63,893 bases of DNA, filler included, from Acetivibrio sp. (GCF_035371925.1; 6 parts of 6 records of this genome joined end to end with filler, not necessarily neighbours in it), one strand, 5' to 3'. Shown: positions 1 to 10,906, counted from the whole stretch's first letter. Notes: generated by a model from the sequence alone, not told the origin. Numbers and translations are program-made.

Positions 1-231
1 AGCTTGCTCCTGAAATAGAGACCTCGAAAGCAATACGAGTTTTCGAGAGCATTAGTAAATATAACCGGAGGCACGATAAAAATCAGGGCAAAAGATGATG
101 CAATAGACAGTGTAAGAAGCGTTACTATAAGTAATGCAGACGTTAAAGTAAGTGTAGGCGGCAAGGATATAAAGTGTGAAGGTACTCTAAATATTGCTGA
201 AGGCTGTCTTGGTACGTTGGATGCAGAGTAA
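1..231 (+). CDS. 3' fragment of a probable beta-helix carbohydrate-binding protein (DUF4353-like), cut by the window edge
   Basis: Manual translation gives ...ALVNITGGTIKIRAKDDAIDSVRSVTISNADVKV...DAE* with stop at 229-231. This frame is closed at 16-18, so a frameshift near 40-45 is needed. The family call rests on motif resemblance only. Confidence 0.35.
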
Positions 232-342
232 AACTTTGGGCTTTAAAAGGAAGGATATTAGCCTTTAGTGCGGAAGTTAGGGAAAAAATACATAAGGCTT
301 TTTGAAACTGTAAAAGAAAACGTTTTTAATACTTTATATATT

Positions 343-392
343 AAAATAAGATTATAAGAAATAAATATTACTTCTTATAATCTTATTTTTTA
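343..392 (+). terminator. 18-bp perfect inverted repeat followed by a T-tract
   Basis: AAAATAAGATTATAAGAA (343-360) and TTCTTATAATCTTATTTT (372-389). Confidence 0.5.
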
Positions 393-521
393 TTTAGTAG
401 TAAATAACAATCCAAAAAGTGTTGTAGCTATAGAAACAGAAAATAATCTCTCAATAGTAGAGAACAATATAACAAGCAATTTTGAATTCGACAAGAACAC
501 TGTTTGTGAGGGCCAAAATCT

Positions 522-1698
522 ATGAAAGTAAAGTTAATTCTATTATTTTTAACGGGAGTTCTATTATTAATATTGATACCGGGGTGCGTTAATTATGGGC
601 TTTGGCAAAAACCTCAAAGATACTCCAAGGCACCGGACGGGCTGCTTGATGAAAGCATGAATCAGGATGATGGAGAATTTATAGATTATGAAATAATAGA
701 GCATATTTTAAGAAATCTTCCTCAAGGATCCGAAATTCTATACCCTGATAATTTGCCCGAGAAAAAATATATTAAGACCGATCTGGACGGAGACAATCGC
801 TGTGAAATTATCGCGTGTTACAGGAATGAAAAGGAAAATGTACAACATGGCATTGTCATTATAAGTGATGAGACATGGGAAAAATTATGGGCGGATGATA
901 TGCGAAAAGAGGATAATAATCCTGCAACTCTTGATAGACTTGTTGTCTAAAATCAAAGCGATGAAGGACTTGATGGAATTCTTGTGGGTTGGATGCATTC
1001 TGGCTATAACGTTTGCGATGTTTTTGTTTGGAAAGATGGTATTTTTCGAAGTATTGATAATGATGAATTTGGAAATTCATTGCTAGGCGATTATTCTTAC
1101 CTTGCACTTGATAGTGCAGCAAAGGACAGAGCTGATAGTATAATAATCAAGCATCAAAATAGCGCAATATATAAAAAATATATACTTAAATAAGAAAAAT
1201 TCAGAATCACCGTGGGATTACTCGGATTTGCTACTTATATTTATTTCAGAAGAAAATAAATATAATCTTGTAAACAGTGTTGTTGAAAGGGAGCTGGATT
1301 ACCAGTTGATAGATATAGAATCGGATGGAAAAAATGAACTTCTTGTTGAAAAGAAAAATCAGCATAAATGGGATGTCAGGAGTGTTACTATTTACTCACA
1401 TAAGAATGATAAACTTGACATAATTTTTGATGAGTATTTGGCATGGAGTAATAACAAGTGCGCATATAGCGTGTATAATGAATTTGACTTTAAACCGAAT
1501 CCGGATGCTTCAAATATTCTCGATATTGAATTCAACGTTCGTACATTTATCGACGATTATAATTCTATTAATGAAAATGAAGCTGGCGCTCACTGTGCTT
1601 GGTTTGATTTTCCAAAAGTCATTGATGAAGTATATGTATTTAAATTTGACGGTGAAAGATATGTTTCCGACAGACCGGTGTTTGAATACAAAAAATAA
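522..1698 (+). pseudogene. Disrupted lipoprotein with DxDGDxxxE-type repeats
   Basis: Lipoprotein signal (LLILIPGC). In-frame TAA at 948-950, after which the same frame continues through ORF 984-1193. A frameshift between ~1147 and 1190 leads into ORF 1228-1698. Motifs DLDGDNRCEI and DIESDGKNELL. Confidence 0.6.
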
Positions 1699-1877
1699 AA
1701 CAGAGTATTCTATAATTTTTCGTAAATGTTGATTTTGTTGGAATTTTTCCTTGTAAATGAAAAGGTAAGGATTAATCTTTATATTGGTTGAATTTTTTAA
1801 TTTGATTTATTATTTATAAGTTGCTATAATTAAACTAAAGCGGATTATGTTATACTACGAGTTATATTTTGTAGCTT

Positions 1878-2408
1878 TTGGGGGAGCTTATGCTAATAAA
1901 CAATTTGCTGGACAGGCTTAAAAAGTACAAGTTTTTTTCAGAACTATTGACTCCTGAAGCCTTTTCTCAAATGAAGAGATATGTGATTACAGGCTTCACA
2001 GGTTTTGCAATTGAATATGCTTTGTTTTTCACGTTTTATTATTATATTTTTAAAAGATTTTTTCCTTTTGGATATTCTTTTGCGAAGAGCATTGCAGAAA
2101 GCTTGGTCAATTATGATTTAAAAGGTGATACATATAGTTATTTGTTTGCAAATGCGATTGCCTATGTCGTTGTCTTTTGGTTTAATTTTCTTGTCAACAG
2201 GATTTGGTCTTTCAAATCGAAAGTTAATATCTTCAAACAATTAAGGCAGTATGCTGTCTTGTTTATATTTAATTTGTTTGCCACCAGTGCATTATTATAT
2301 CTGTTAAGCGATAAAATCGGTATTATGCCTGCGGTTTCCAAGGTACTTGTAATGGGATTGGTGGTATGCTGGAATTTTATTATCTACAAGAAGGTTATTT
2401 ACAAGTAA
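1878..2408 (+). CDS. GtrA-family membrane protein (lipid-linked sugar translocation)
   Basis: Four TM helices, RYVITG near the N-terminus, FNFLVNRIWSF and WNFIIYKKVIY motifs typical of GtrA. Confidence 0.8.
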   Translation: MGELMLINNLLDRLKKYKFFSELLTPEAFSQMKRYVITGFTGFAIEYALFFTFYYYIFKRFFPFGYSFAKSIAESLVNYDLKGDTYSYLFANAIAYVVVFWFNFLVNRIWSFKSKVNIFKQLRQYAVLFIFNLFATSALLYLLSDKIGIMPAVSKVLVMGLVVCWNFIIYKKVIYK

Positions 2409-2454
2409 AGGAGAAAATTAATTATATCAAATTTTCGTAAGGAGAGTAGGTTGA

Positions 2455-4797
2455 ATGATTGGACTTTTATATATTGCAGTTGCATGGCTAAGCGGCTATG
2501 TTATTTTAAAGCGAGTGCTGCCTTCAATATTTGATTTTTCAAACTCCTTGTCATTAACGGGAAAACAAGTAAAGCTGCCGGCGTGGATGGTAACACTTCC
2601 GGCTTCGTTTTTGGTGGGAACGCTTTTAGTTACATGGACCACGTACATAAGTGCCTATTTATTGAGGTCGACCGGCAAACCGATGCTATTTGGCAATATA
2701 GTTTCTTTCTCTCTTTTTTCGATTATTATTATCTTTTTCCTTGTCCGAAACGGGAAAAATGTTTCCTCACTATTCAAATCAACAACTCCCAAGGCAGAAA
2801 GAAGCTCATTTTTAGAAAATAACTTTGTTGAAATAATATATGTTTTGGCTTTCTTTAGTGTGTGGGCATTTCTTATGTTTGATTCTTTTCACATAGAAAA
2901 CGGTATAATGAAGATTGCATGGTCCGTATCAAGCGACTTTTCACCCCATCTTGCAGTAATTAGGTCTTTTTCCTACGGTTTTAACTTTCCCACTGAATAT
3001 CCTCATTTTGCAGACGGCAATATGAGATACCACTTTATGTTTTTGTTTTTGGCGGGAAATCTGGAGTTTCTGGGATTGAGGCTTGACTGGGCTTTTAATC
3101 TTCCGTCCATATTGGCAATTGTTTCATTCTTGATGCTTCTTTATTCATTTGCTGTATTACTGCTCGGTGAAAAAATAATCGGGGTTATGACGGGAGTGTT
3201 GTTTTTCTTTAGAAGTTCTTTTGCTTTCTTTACGTTCATAACGGGAAAAACCACGGTAAAGGAGGCCTTAAGCGGGCTCGGAGGGCTTATGGAACATATC
3301 GGTAATACGCAAAATGAAGAGTGGGGACTCTATGCTCAGAAAGTTTATGTAAATCAACGGCATTTGAGTTTTGCATTAGGCATAATGATGCTTGTTTTGA
3401 TAGTGGTTCTTCCTTTGTTTATTAAGATGATGACAAGTATTGGCGAGCTTTATCGGAGAAGGTCACAGGAATCCGATGAAAATCCAGGCAACGAGAGTTT
3501 TCGCAAGCAATATATCAAGGAGTTTGTTTCGAGCAAAAGCTCATGGATTCCGGAAAATATGCTGACATCTGTGATAATGGGAATCATTCTCGGACTCACA
3601 AGCTTTTGGAATGGAGCGGTGGTTATAGCGGCACTTTTAGTACTTTTTGTTATGGCTATTTTCTCAAAACACAGGCTCCAGTATCTGATTATTGCATTAA
3701 TCACTGTGGAACTGGCTTATTGCCAGACGGCATTTTTCGTAAGAAGCGGCAAATCGCTGGTTTCGCCCACCATCTATATTGGCTTTTTGGCAAATACCAA
3801 CGGATTGCAGCAGGATTTGTGCCAGTACTTTATGAACTATGGTTTTTTGGGTACACTGCAACATTTCTTCAAGCTGATTCCTTATGTTGCAGCTTTCTTT
3901 ATCGAGCTTCTCGGTATTTTTCCTTTCATTATAGGTATATGCTTGCTTCCTAGAAGCAATAAGTATAAACATTATATAAATGCAGGGTTTATAATAGCTA
4001 CGCAGATTATCGGTTATTTGTTTATAAAGTATAAATTGGAAAGTGATTTTAAAATCTTAAATGAAAAACTTTTTATTTCGTCGATGTTGTTTGCCTTGCT
4101 GTTGATAATAGTTACAAGTTTGGCATATATTTCTTATAACAATTCTCCTGTTCCGCGGGGCACAAGGGCATTAATTCTGGCATTTACTGTTCCGATTATT
4201 TTTGCAAGTACCGTAAAGCTAACTTTGGGTGTCGATATAAACCACAAATATGTGATTATAGGTTCCATACTTTTGAATATTTTTGTTGCAGCATTTATAT
4301 TCTCGCTTTTCAAACTTAAAAGACATTTTGTTATTCTAATGGCGGTGCTTATTTCCATAGTAATTACTGCTACCGGTTTTGTTGATATTGTAGCTCTTTG
4401 CAATCTCAACAACGCTTATGTACAAATCAGTTGTAATGATCCTTTGCTGGTTAAAGTAAAAAACGAAACCGGAGAAAATGAAATTTTCCTGACAGATGAT
4501 TACCATCTTCATACGATACTTTTGGCAGGAAGAAAGATATTCTGCGGTTGGGCGTATTTTACAATGTATTCGGGATACGACTGGGATACTCGAAACACCA
4601 CAAGGAAAAAAATTCTGACAGCTACTGACGAAAGTACGCTTAGAAGACTTGTAGAAGAAAACAATATAAGCTATATAGTTATTGACAACCAACTTAGAAA
4701 TTCCAAAGGTTATAGGATAAATGAAGATCTCATAAGAAACACCTTCGAGCTTTTTTATGACGACGGTATGGATGTTACTATTTACAAAGTAAATTAG
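2455..4797 (+). CDS. Large polytopic membrane protein, probable GT-C glycosyltransferase
   Basis: 780 aa, many TM segments, extracellular loop SDFSPHL...YPHF...YHFMF, C-terminal soluble domain with GRKIFCGW. GT-C call is from topology and context. Confidence 0.5.
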   Translation: MIGLLYIAVAWLSGYVILKRVLPSIFDFSNSLSLTGKQVKLPAWMVTLPASFLVGTLLVTWTTYISAYLLRSTGKPMLFGNIVSFSLFSIIIIFFLVRNGKNVSSLFKSTTPKAERSSFLENNFVEIIYVLAFFSVWAFLMFDSFHIENGIMKIAWSVSSDFSPHLAVIRSFSYGFNFPTEYPHFADGNMRYHFMFLFLAGNLEFLGLRLDWAFNLPSILAIVSFLMLLYSFAVLLLGEKIIGVMTGVLFFFRSSFAFFTFITGKTTVKEALSGLGGLMEHIGNTQNEEWGLYAQKVYVNQRHLSFALGIMMLVLIVVLPLFIKMMTSIGELYRRRSQESDENPGNESFRKQYIKEFVSSKSSWIPENMLTSVIMGIILGLTSFWNGAVVIAALLVLFVMAIFSKHRLQYLIIALITVELAYCQTAFFVRSGKSLVSPTIYIGFLANTNGLQQDLCQYFMNYGFLGTLQHFFKLIPYVAAFFIELLGIFPFIIGICLLPRSNKYKHYINAGFIIATQIIGYLFIKYKLESDFKILNEKLFISSMLFALLLIIVTSLAYISYNNSPVPRGTRALILAFTVPIIFASTVKLTLGVDINHKYVIIGSILLNIFVAAFIFSLFKLKRHFVILMAVLISIVITATGFVDIVALCNLNNAYVQISCNDPLLVKVKNETGENEIFLTDDYHLHTILLAGRKIFCGWAYFTMYSGYDWDTRNTTRKKILTATDESTLRRLVEENNISYIVIDNQLRNSKGYRINEDLIRNTFELFYDDGMDVTIYKVN

Positions 4798-4897
4798 ATT
4801 TGCTATAGTTTTATTTGCAAATTATATGGATTTGGCTTGGTTGTAAGCTTAGGCGATTTTTACTGCCGGATTCTTATATTAAAATTAATTATACAAG

Positions 4898-6265
4898 GTG
4901 GGGTTTATGGCTATGGGTAATACTAATGCAAAGAGTGAAAAGAAAAAGAGTTGGATTCCTGATGTGGGAAAACCGGTACCTCAAAATGTTCTTTTGATTG
5001 CCGGAGCAGCCATAGTATTGATAAGACTACTTCTGACCACAATTCCAAGTTATCAGGTGGATATGGGAGGATACAGGGCTTGGAGCTTGTATCTGGCCGA
5101 ATGGGGTCCGAAAGGTATTTATGAAACTTTTCACATTGTATATGCACCGGCATACATGTATCTGCTGTGGATTACGGGAATAATAGCTAAAACTTTTTCT
5201 GTTAGTGCCACAACTCATGCTTTCTTGATAAAGTTGTGGGCTGTTGCTTCCGAGCTGATAGGAGCTTATCTGATTTACAAAATAGGAAAAAGATATGGAA
5301 AAGAGAGGCTTGGCTTTATTTTGGGAGTGACTTATGCACTCAACCCCGGGGTTTTCTTCAACTCCTCTATTTGGGGGCAATTTGACTCGATACCAGCGAC
5401 TTTGCTTGTGGGCATGATATATGCCTTTAGTGTCAATCGTAAAATGACGGCGGTGGTATTGTATTCTTTGGCTGTTCTGACGAAGCCTCAAAGCGCGCTG
5501 CTTACGCCGTTGGGTATACTATTCTATAAAGACCTGTTTGACATTTCCGCTATTACTAAAGAGAAGATTATAAAATGTGTCAAAGAAACATTAGTGGCTC
5601 TTTGCATAGGTTTTTCGTGTTATTTTATCGTTATTTATCCTTTCTATTATCACATGGACCTTTATGAGCAACTAAAGAGTACTTCCGTTGTAAAAGATTT
5701 TATTGCCGAGACCATTGACTATTTTTGCTGGATGCCCAATTTGTATCTGACGAGTGTTCAAGATTATCCTTATGCTACTGCCAATGCATTTAACTTGTGG
5801 ACGTTGCTGGGCGGACAACCGGTAGAGGACTCAAATATATTCTTCATATTATCCTATAATGCTTGGGGAATTATACTGTTTTTAATTTCTATAGGTATAA
5901 CTTTTGTGTATCTGCTCAAAAACAGGAAAAGCGATTTTGCAATGTATTTTGCATCTTATTTTATCTTGACAAGTGCTTTTACCTTTATGACTAAAATGCA
6001 TGAAAGATATCTGCTTCCGGCTATAATTTTCCTTACGATTAGCGTTCTGTGGAATAAGTGGATGGCAATACCTTTGGCAGTTTTGAGTGTATGTGTTACT
6101 GCCAATCACTGGTACATATATGATTTGTCATGGAAGAATGTTTTCTGGCTGAACAATTATGACCCCGTTGCCATGCCGTTTGCTTTCCTAACCGTTTTAT
6201 TGGTGATATTCTCGGCAGGATTCATTGTAAGACAGATTTTACCGCCGGAGAAGATTAAAAATTAG
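4898..6265 (+). CDS. GT-C membrane glycosyltransferase (mannosyltransferase-like)
   Basis: Motifs D..YRAW...YAPAYMY, LNPG..FNSSIWGQFDS, KPQS, ANAFNLW and MHERYLLP. Confidence 0.7.
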   Translation: MGFMAMGNTNAKSEKKKSWIPDVGKPVPQNVLLIAGAAIVLIRLLLTTIPSYQVDMGGYRAWSLYLAEWGPKGIYETFHIVYAPAYMYLLWITGIIAKTFSVSATTHAFLIKLWAVASELIGAYLIYKIGKRYGKERLGFILGVTYALNPGVFFNSSIWGQFDSIPATLLVGMIYAFSVNRKMTAVVLYSLAVLTKPQSALLTPLGILFYKDLFDISAITKEKIIKCVKETLVALCIGFSCYFIVIYPFYYHMDLYEQLKSTSVVKDFIAETIDYFCWMPNLYLTSVQDYPYATANAFNLWTLLGGQPVEDSNIFFILSYNAWGIILFLISIGITFVYLLKNRKSDFAMYFASYFILTSAFTFMTKMHERYLLPAIIFLTISVLWNKWMAIPLAVLSVCVTANHWYIYDLSWKNVFWLNNYDPVAMPFAFLTVLLVIFSAGFIVRQILPPEKIKN

Positions 6266-6305
6266 GGTTGTCTGTTAGCGAAATAAAAAGGAGAGTCAAG
6301 AGATT

Positions 6306-7595
6306 ATGAATATATGTATTGTTGGTGCAGGAGTCACAGGACTAGTGGCGGCAAACGAGCTTGTTAAAAAAGGGCATAATGTTTCCGTGTTCGAGGAAGA
6401 GGAGCAGCATGGAGGACTGGTAAAAACAATAGACGTTGGCGACGAAAAGTTGGAAGTATTTTATCACCATATATTTACCAATGATGTGGAAATAGTTAAA
6501 TTGATTGAAGAGATGAATCTTTCTTCCGAGCTTATGTGGCTTGAACCGAAGAACTCCATATATATTAACCGTAAACTTTATCCCTTTACTTCTCCGGTAG
6601 ATTTGTTGCTTTTTAGAGAGCTTCCTTTTATCGACAGGATAAGAATGGGATTGCTTGTATTTAAAGCAAAGTTCTTAAAGGATTGGAATCAGCTGGAGAA
6701 CATGAGCTCCAAAGACTGGATAATTAAAAATGCAGGCAAGAATGTGTATGAAAAAGTTTGGGGTCCGTTGCTTGTTTCAAAGTTTGACTATGATGCCGAT
6801 AAAATTTCGGGCACTTGGCTGTGGAATAAATTCAAGCTTAGGGGTTCGACAAGGGGAAAAAATATTAACAAGGAACAGTTGGGATATATGAAAGGCAGCT
6901 TTGGGATAATATATGACAAATTGGCGGAAAGAATAACCTCTGCCGGCGGAGAAATACGTTATTCAAGTCCTGTGGACAGGATTGAACCCCAAAAAGATAA
7001 AACCTTGAATGTTCATAGCAACGGCAAAGTATATAATTTTGACAGGGTTATTGTTACAACTTCTCCGGAAATTCTTAGTAAAATGAATGTTCCTTTCCCG
7101 AAAGAGTACAGTGAAAAGCTTTCGAAAGTAAAGTACAAAGCTAATATCTGCATGGTTTTGGAGCTTTCGGAGAGATTGTCGGATTACTATTGGACTACAA
7201 TTGCAGAGAAGGATTTTCCGTTTGTGCTGTTAATAGAACATACCAACTTGGTTACCGAGCATGGCTATAAGTCCCATGTAATTTATCTTTCCAGGTATTT
7301 GGACAAAAAGAATGAGTTTTATTCGCTAAGCGACGAAGAGATTCAAAAAGAATTTATAAAATACCTAAAAATTATGTTTCCCAATTGGGATGAATCAACG
7401 ATAAAACGGGTGCATATCAGCAGGACAGATTATGCCCAACCGGTTATAGTACAACAGTATTCAAAGATTTTACCGGAAATTGAAACTCCTGTGGAAAACC
7501 TCTATTTGGCTTCCATGGCTCAAATATATCCGGAAGACAGAGGACAGAATTATTCTGTGAGGCTTGGAAAACAAGTGGCAAATATGATAAAATAA
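6306..7595 (+). CDS. FAD-dependent oxidoreductase (amine-oxidase / HemY-like fold)
   Basis: N-terminal GAGVTG Rossmann motif, GGLV...EVFYHHIF, C-terminal QIYPEDRG. Confidence 0.8.
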   Translation: MNICIVGAGVTGLVAANELVKKGHNVSVFEEEEQHGGLVKTIDVGDEKLEVFYHHIFTNDVEIVKLIEEMNLSSELMWLEPKNSIYINRKLYPFTSPVDLLLFRELPFIDRIRMGLLVFKAKFLKDWNQLENMSSKDWIIKNAGKNVYEKVWGPLLVSKFDYDADKISGTWLWNKFKLRGSTRGKNINKEQLGYMKGSFGIIYDKLAERITSAGGEIRYSSPVDRIEPQKDKTLNVHSNGKVYNFDRVIVTTSPEILSKMNVPFPKEYSEKLSKVKYKANICMVLELSERLSDYYWTTIAEKDFPFVLLIEHTNLVTEHGYKSHVIYLSRYLDKKNEFYSLSDEEIQKEFIKYLKIMFPNWDESTIKRVHISRTDYAQPVIVQQYSKILPEIETPVENLYLASMAQIYPEDRGQNYSVRLGKQVANMIK

Positions 7596-7642
7596 AAAAA
7601 TGAAGCATAAATATAAAAACATTATTTGGAGGGAAGATTGAA

Positions 7643-8488
7643 ATGTTAAAAAAGGTGGCAGCCTGTATAGTATTTGTTTTGTTGTTTGGTATAATGTCTT
7701 GTCAGTGGGCTTTTGCCGGAGAAAATTTGTTGCAAAACCCGTCTTTTGAAGATATAAGCGACAATAAACCCACTGGATGGGAAACATGGGCTTGGGATTA
7801 CAAAGAGGATGTTGTTTTGTTTGGTGTGGGACAAGAAGGTTCACACGATGGGCAGTACCATGTAACTATTGAGAATAAAGAAGCAAGAGACGCGCGATAC
7901 CTTCAGCAGGTGTCAGTCAAGCCGAACGCTTGTTACAAGTTTTCTGCCTGGGTTAAAACCGAAAATGTGGGCCAGGATGTTTTGGGAGCTACCTTGTCTT
8001 TGGAAGGAGCTACCTCGTATTCGAGAGACATAAAGGGTACCGTTAGTGAATGGCAATATACTGAGTTGTATATCAGGACCGGTCAAGATGCAAGTACAAT
8101 AAAAGTATCATTGGGATTGGGCGGATACGGCAATTTGAATACCGGAAAGGCGATGTTTGACAGCGTAGCACTGGAGGAAGTAGACAGCATACCGGAAGGC
8201 GCGCAATATGCAGATGTAGGAAATTCCGACAACGGTTCAAATGCTTCTTCAGGCGGCGACCAAAAATCAACATCCGAAGATACGCAGGGGAAATACACAG
8301 TTATCTGGTTCATAATTTCATTGATTGTTTTAGTGATGATAGCCTATTATTATTACAGAGAAAAGAATCAAAAATCAAGAAATACCAATGAAGATAAGGA
8401 AACAACAAGCAAGGATACAACAGATAATGCCACAACAAGCGAGGAATCAACAGACAACGGCGCTACAGACAATGAAAAAGAACAATAA
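7643..8488 (+). CDS. Membrane-anchored CBM4/9 (CenC-like) protein
   Basis: Signal peptide, NLLQNPSFE...W...FSAWVKT...FDSV module, C-terminal TM helix and an acidic T/D/N-rich repeat tail. Confidence 0.7.
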   Translation: MLKKVAACIVFVLLFGIMSCQWAFAGENLLQNPSFEDISDNKPTGWETWAWDYKEDVVLFGVGQEGSHDGQYHVTIENKEARDARYLQQVSVKPNACYKFSAWVKTENVGQDVLGATLSLEGATSYSRDIKGTVSEWQYTELYIRTGQDASTIKVSLGLGGYGNLNTGKAMFDSVALEEVDSIPEGAQYADVGNSDNGSNASSGGDQKSTSEDTQGKYTVIWFIISLIVLVMIAYYYYREKNQKSRNTNEDKETTSKDTTDNATTSEESTDNGATDNEKEQ

Positions 8489-8538
8489 AATCTTTATTCC
8501 AAATTCAGATTGATATAAAAGCTTACGCTAATGAAGAA

Positions 8539-8575
8539 TAAAAAGGCTGCGGATTCTATTTCTGCAGCCTTTTTA
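8539..8575. terminator. Bidirectional intrinsic terminator
   Basis: AAAAGGCTGC...GCAGCCTTTTT between convergent genes. Confidence 0.75.
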
Positions 8576-8606
8576 TTATCAAATAGAGTTCACCAACTCA
8601 TTTATT

Positions 8607-10589
8607 TTATTCATCCGGCTTCTCTTCTACGGGGAAGGTAGCTATAATTCTAAGGATATATCTTTTTAACAGGTTAACATCGCTGGAGGTAATCTTTTTA
8701 TCTCCATCCAAATCAGCAGCCTCTAATCCGTGAGGATAGGGAAACTCGGTAATATTTTTGAGAACATAACGTTTCAGTAATGAAAGATCGCTGGAGTTTA
8801 CGCTAAAGTCACCGTTAACGTCGCCGTACTTGAAAGTCTCATCGGTAATTCCACCCAGCGGTATTACGTGGTCAAGGCCTTTCTTCCACAAAGTTGGCTC
8901 GATTATTGCATATTTTTCTTCATCGACTGTTTTCCAATCTTCAAGCATTAGGCCGCCGGTATCGGCAGAATTGGGATTAAAGGCCCAGAAAGTATGATGG
9001 AGTTTTTTCTCTGCAATAAAGGTTCCCAGACATTCAAGCCATTTGCGGTTGCTATCTTTGATAAGCTTTCCGCCCCATTCTCCAATCAACATGGGTGCAA
9101 TATTTTGGTCTACAATATAATACCAGTTGGGATACCAACACTCCTCGTAAAGGGTGTTGATGTCAAAATCTTTTTTAAACCACGGCTGCATATAAATATC
9201 CGGTCCGTAATCATGTACGGAATATACGAGCTTGTCCGGAGCGGATATAACGACAGGGTGGTCGGCAACTCCTCTCAAGTTTCCGCCCCACCAGTTGCAG
9301 TATGTAGTAAATTCACCGCAGTTGGTGTAATCATATCCTTCCATCGGGTATGCCTCAACACCTTCTACAACAATCAAAACGTTTGGATTTATTGCAAGTA
9401 TTTCTTCGGCAATAATTTCGGCTGCCATCTTCCAATTGTTCGGGTCATCGGAATCATCCCATTTGGCGATATTAGGTCCCGAGTATTTTCCGTGGGGCTC
9501 ATTTTTTAGGTCCATCGCAATAACTGTGTCATCATCCTTGTACCTTTCGGTAATCCATTTCCAGGCCTCGATAAAATCCTCGAAGCTCACATCTTTGTTG
9601 TACCAGAGGTTGTCCTGGTACGAATCCTTGGAGGCACCGTGCATGTCAAACATAACCTTCATGCCGTTTTTCTTCATATGTTTTATTGTATAGTCCAGTA
9701 TTTCAAGGCTGTCGAGACCGTCAAGACGTGGATTTTCATATGTATTTACGAAAGAAGTCTCAACTCTTTTGCCGTTTTTCCATTCGAGAATAAGTTCGGT
9801 ACTGATGGGGATTCTAAGGAGGTTAAAACCTAATTTTGCCATTAAATCAAGTGAGTCTTCAAGATTGCATTTGTTAAGACCGTAAAAACCGTTTGCTCCG
9901 TCGGTCTCGAAACCGAACCAGTTTATGCCTGTAAGGTAAACGGTATTTCCTTTGGAGTCTTTGATTAAGTTTCCTTCCACATGAAGCCAGTCATCATCAT
10001 TTGGCGGTGGTGTCGGTTCCGGTGGTGGCAGAGGCCCTTCTTTTCCCCATACCAGTTTACCTTTGTAGTAGAGCGTCATTTTATCGTATTCGGCATAATC
10101 GGTAAAGCTGGGGTCATAAGAATAATCGTTGGATTGGTCATAATAACCGTTGGATATTTTTTTAAGTACCAGCTGCATTTGACCGCTGTTGCCACCGTCT
10201 TTTATAACACCGGCTCCGCTGGTAAAGCCAATCTCCGCATATCCCAACTCGGGATGGAACTCTCCAAATATGTTGTTTGCTCCTATTGCAGTATAAAAGG
10301 ATGTAAGGATTTCTTCAGTAGTACCTTCTTTCTCGTAATAGTACCTTACTCTGAGGTCGGCCATGTCTACATCCATACCGCTGTTGTTGTAAATAATTAT
10401 GTAAGGACGCATACTCTGATATTTTACATCCAATGAGCCATCCATATAATGGATTGACAGGCCTTCCAAAAAAGTTTCATCAGCTGAGTCATCTGCATTA
10501 ACGGGAATGAAACCAAAAAGGCAAGAAGTAATCAGGGCAAGAATTGTTAATACAGACAACAGGTTTCGGTTGAAATGTCTTTGTCTCAT
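8607..10589 (-). CDS. celO: Cellulosomal GH5 cellulase, CBM3-PT linker-GH5-dockerin I (CelO)
   Basis: 660 aa with signal peptide, CBM3 (DLRVRYYY...NDYSY), PPPEPTPPP linker, GH5 NEP and GEWGG catalytic motifs, and duplicated dockerin loops (GDVNGD, DLDGDKKITSSD). The architecture matches C. thermocellum CelO. Confidence 0.85.
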   Translation of the reverse strand: MRQRHFNRNLLSVLTILALITSCLFGFIPVNADDSADETFLEGLSIHYMDGSLDVKYQSMRPYIIIYNNSGMDVDMADLRVRYYYEKEGTTEEILTSFYTAIGANNIFGEFHPELGYAEIGFTSGAGVIKDGGNSGQMQLVLKKISNGYYDQSNDYSYDPSFTDYAEYDKMTLYYKGKLVWGKEGPLPPPEPTPPPNDDDWLHVEGNLIKDSKGNTVYLTGINWFGFETDGANGFYGLNKCNLEDSLDLMAKLGFNLLRIPISTELILEWKNGKRVETSFVNTYENPRLDGLDSLEILDYTIKHMKKNGMKVMFDMHGASKDSYQDNLWYNKDVSFEDFIEAWKWITERYKDDDTVIAMDLKNEPHGKYSGPNIAKWDDSDDPNNWKMAAEIIAEEILAINPNVLIVVEGVEAYPMEGYDYTNCGEFTTYCNWWGGNLRGVADHPVVISAPDKLVYSVHDYGPDIYMQPWFKKDFDINTLYEECWYPNWYYIVDQNIAPMLIGEWGGKLIKDSNRKWLECLGTFIAEKKLHHTFWAFNPNSADTGGLMLEDWKTVDEEKYAIIEPTLWKKGLDHVIPLGGITDETFKYGDVNGDFSVNSSDLSLLKRYVLKNITEFPYPHGLEAADLDGDKKITSSDVNLLKRYILRIIATFPVEEKPDE

Positions 10590-10806
10590 TAAAATTAAAC
10601 CTCCCCCACTCCATAAGTAATGGAAAAATAAAATTATGTAAATAGAAATATACGTGCTAATTTAATTATATCATTAATGTAGGGGAGAAATACAGTGCTT
10701 TCAAAACGAAAAAGGAGGCGTCCAATATTATACAAGTTAGAGATACAAATTAAATTGTATATCAGTTGAGAGCGTGACATAATTTCGGTAAGAATGGGAA
10801 ATTTCG

Positions 10807-10906
10807 NNNNNNNNNNNNNNNNNNNNNNNNNNNNNNNNNNNNNNNNNNNNTTAATTAATTAANNNNNNNNNNNNNNNNNNNNNNNNNNNNNNNNNNNNNN
10901 NNNNNN
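10807..10906. other. Artificial contig-joining linker
   Basis: N44-TTAATTAATTAA-N44, a six-frame stop linker. Confidence 0.97.

Noticed and set aside
10851..10862. TTAATTAATTAA recurring about every 10.7 kb as a biological repeat
   Set aside because: It is always embedded in N runs of fixed length and is an assembly linker.
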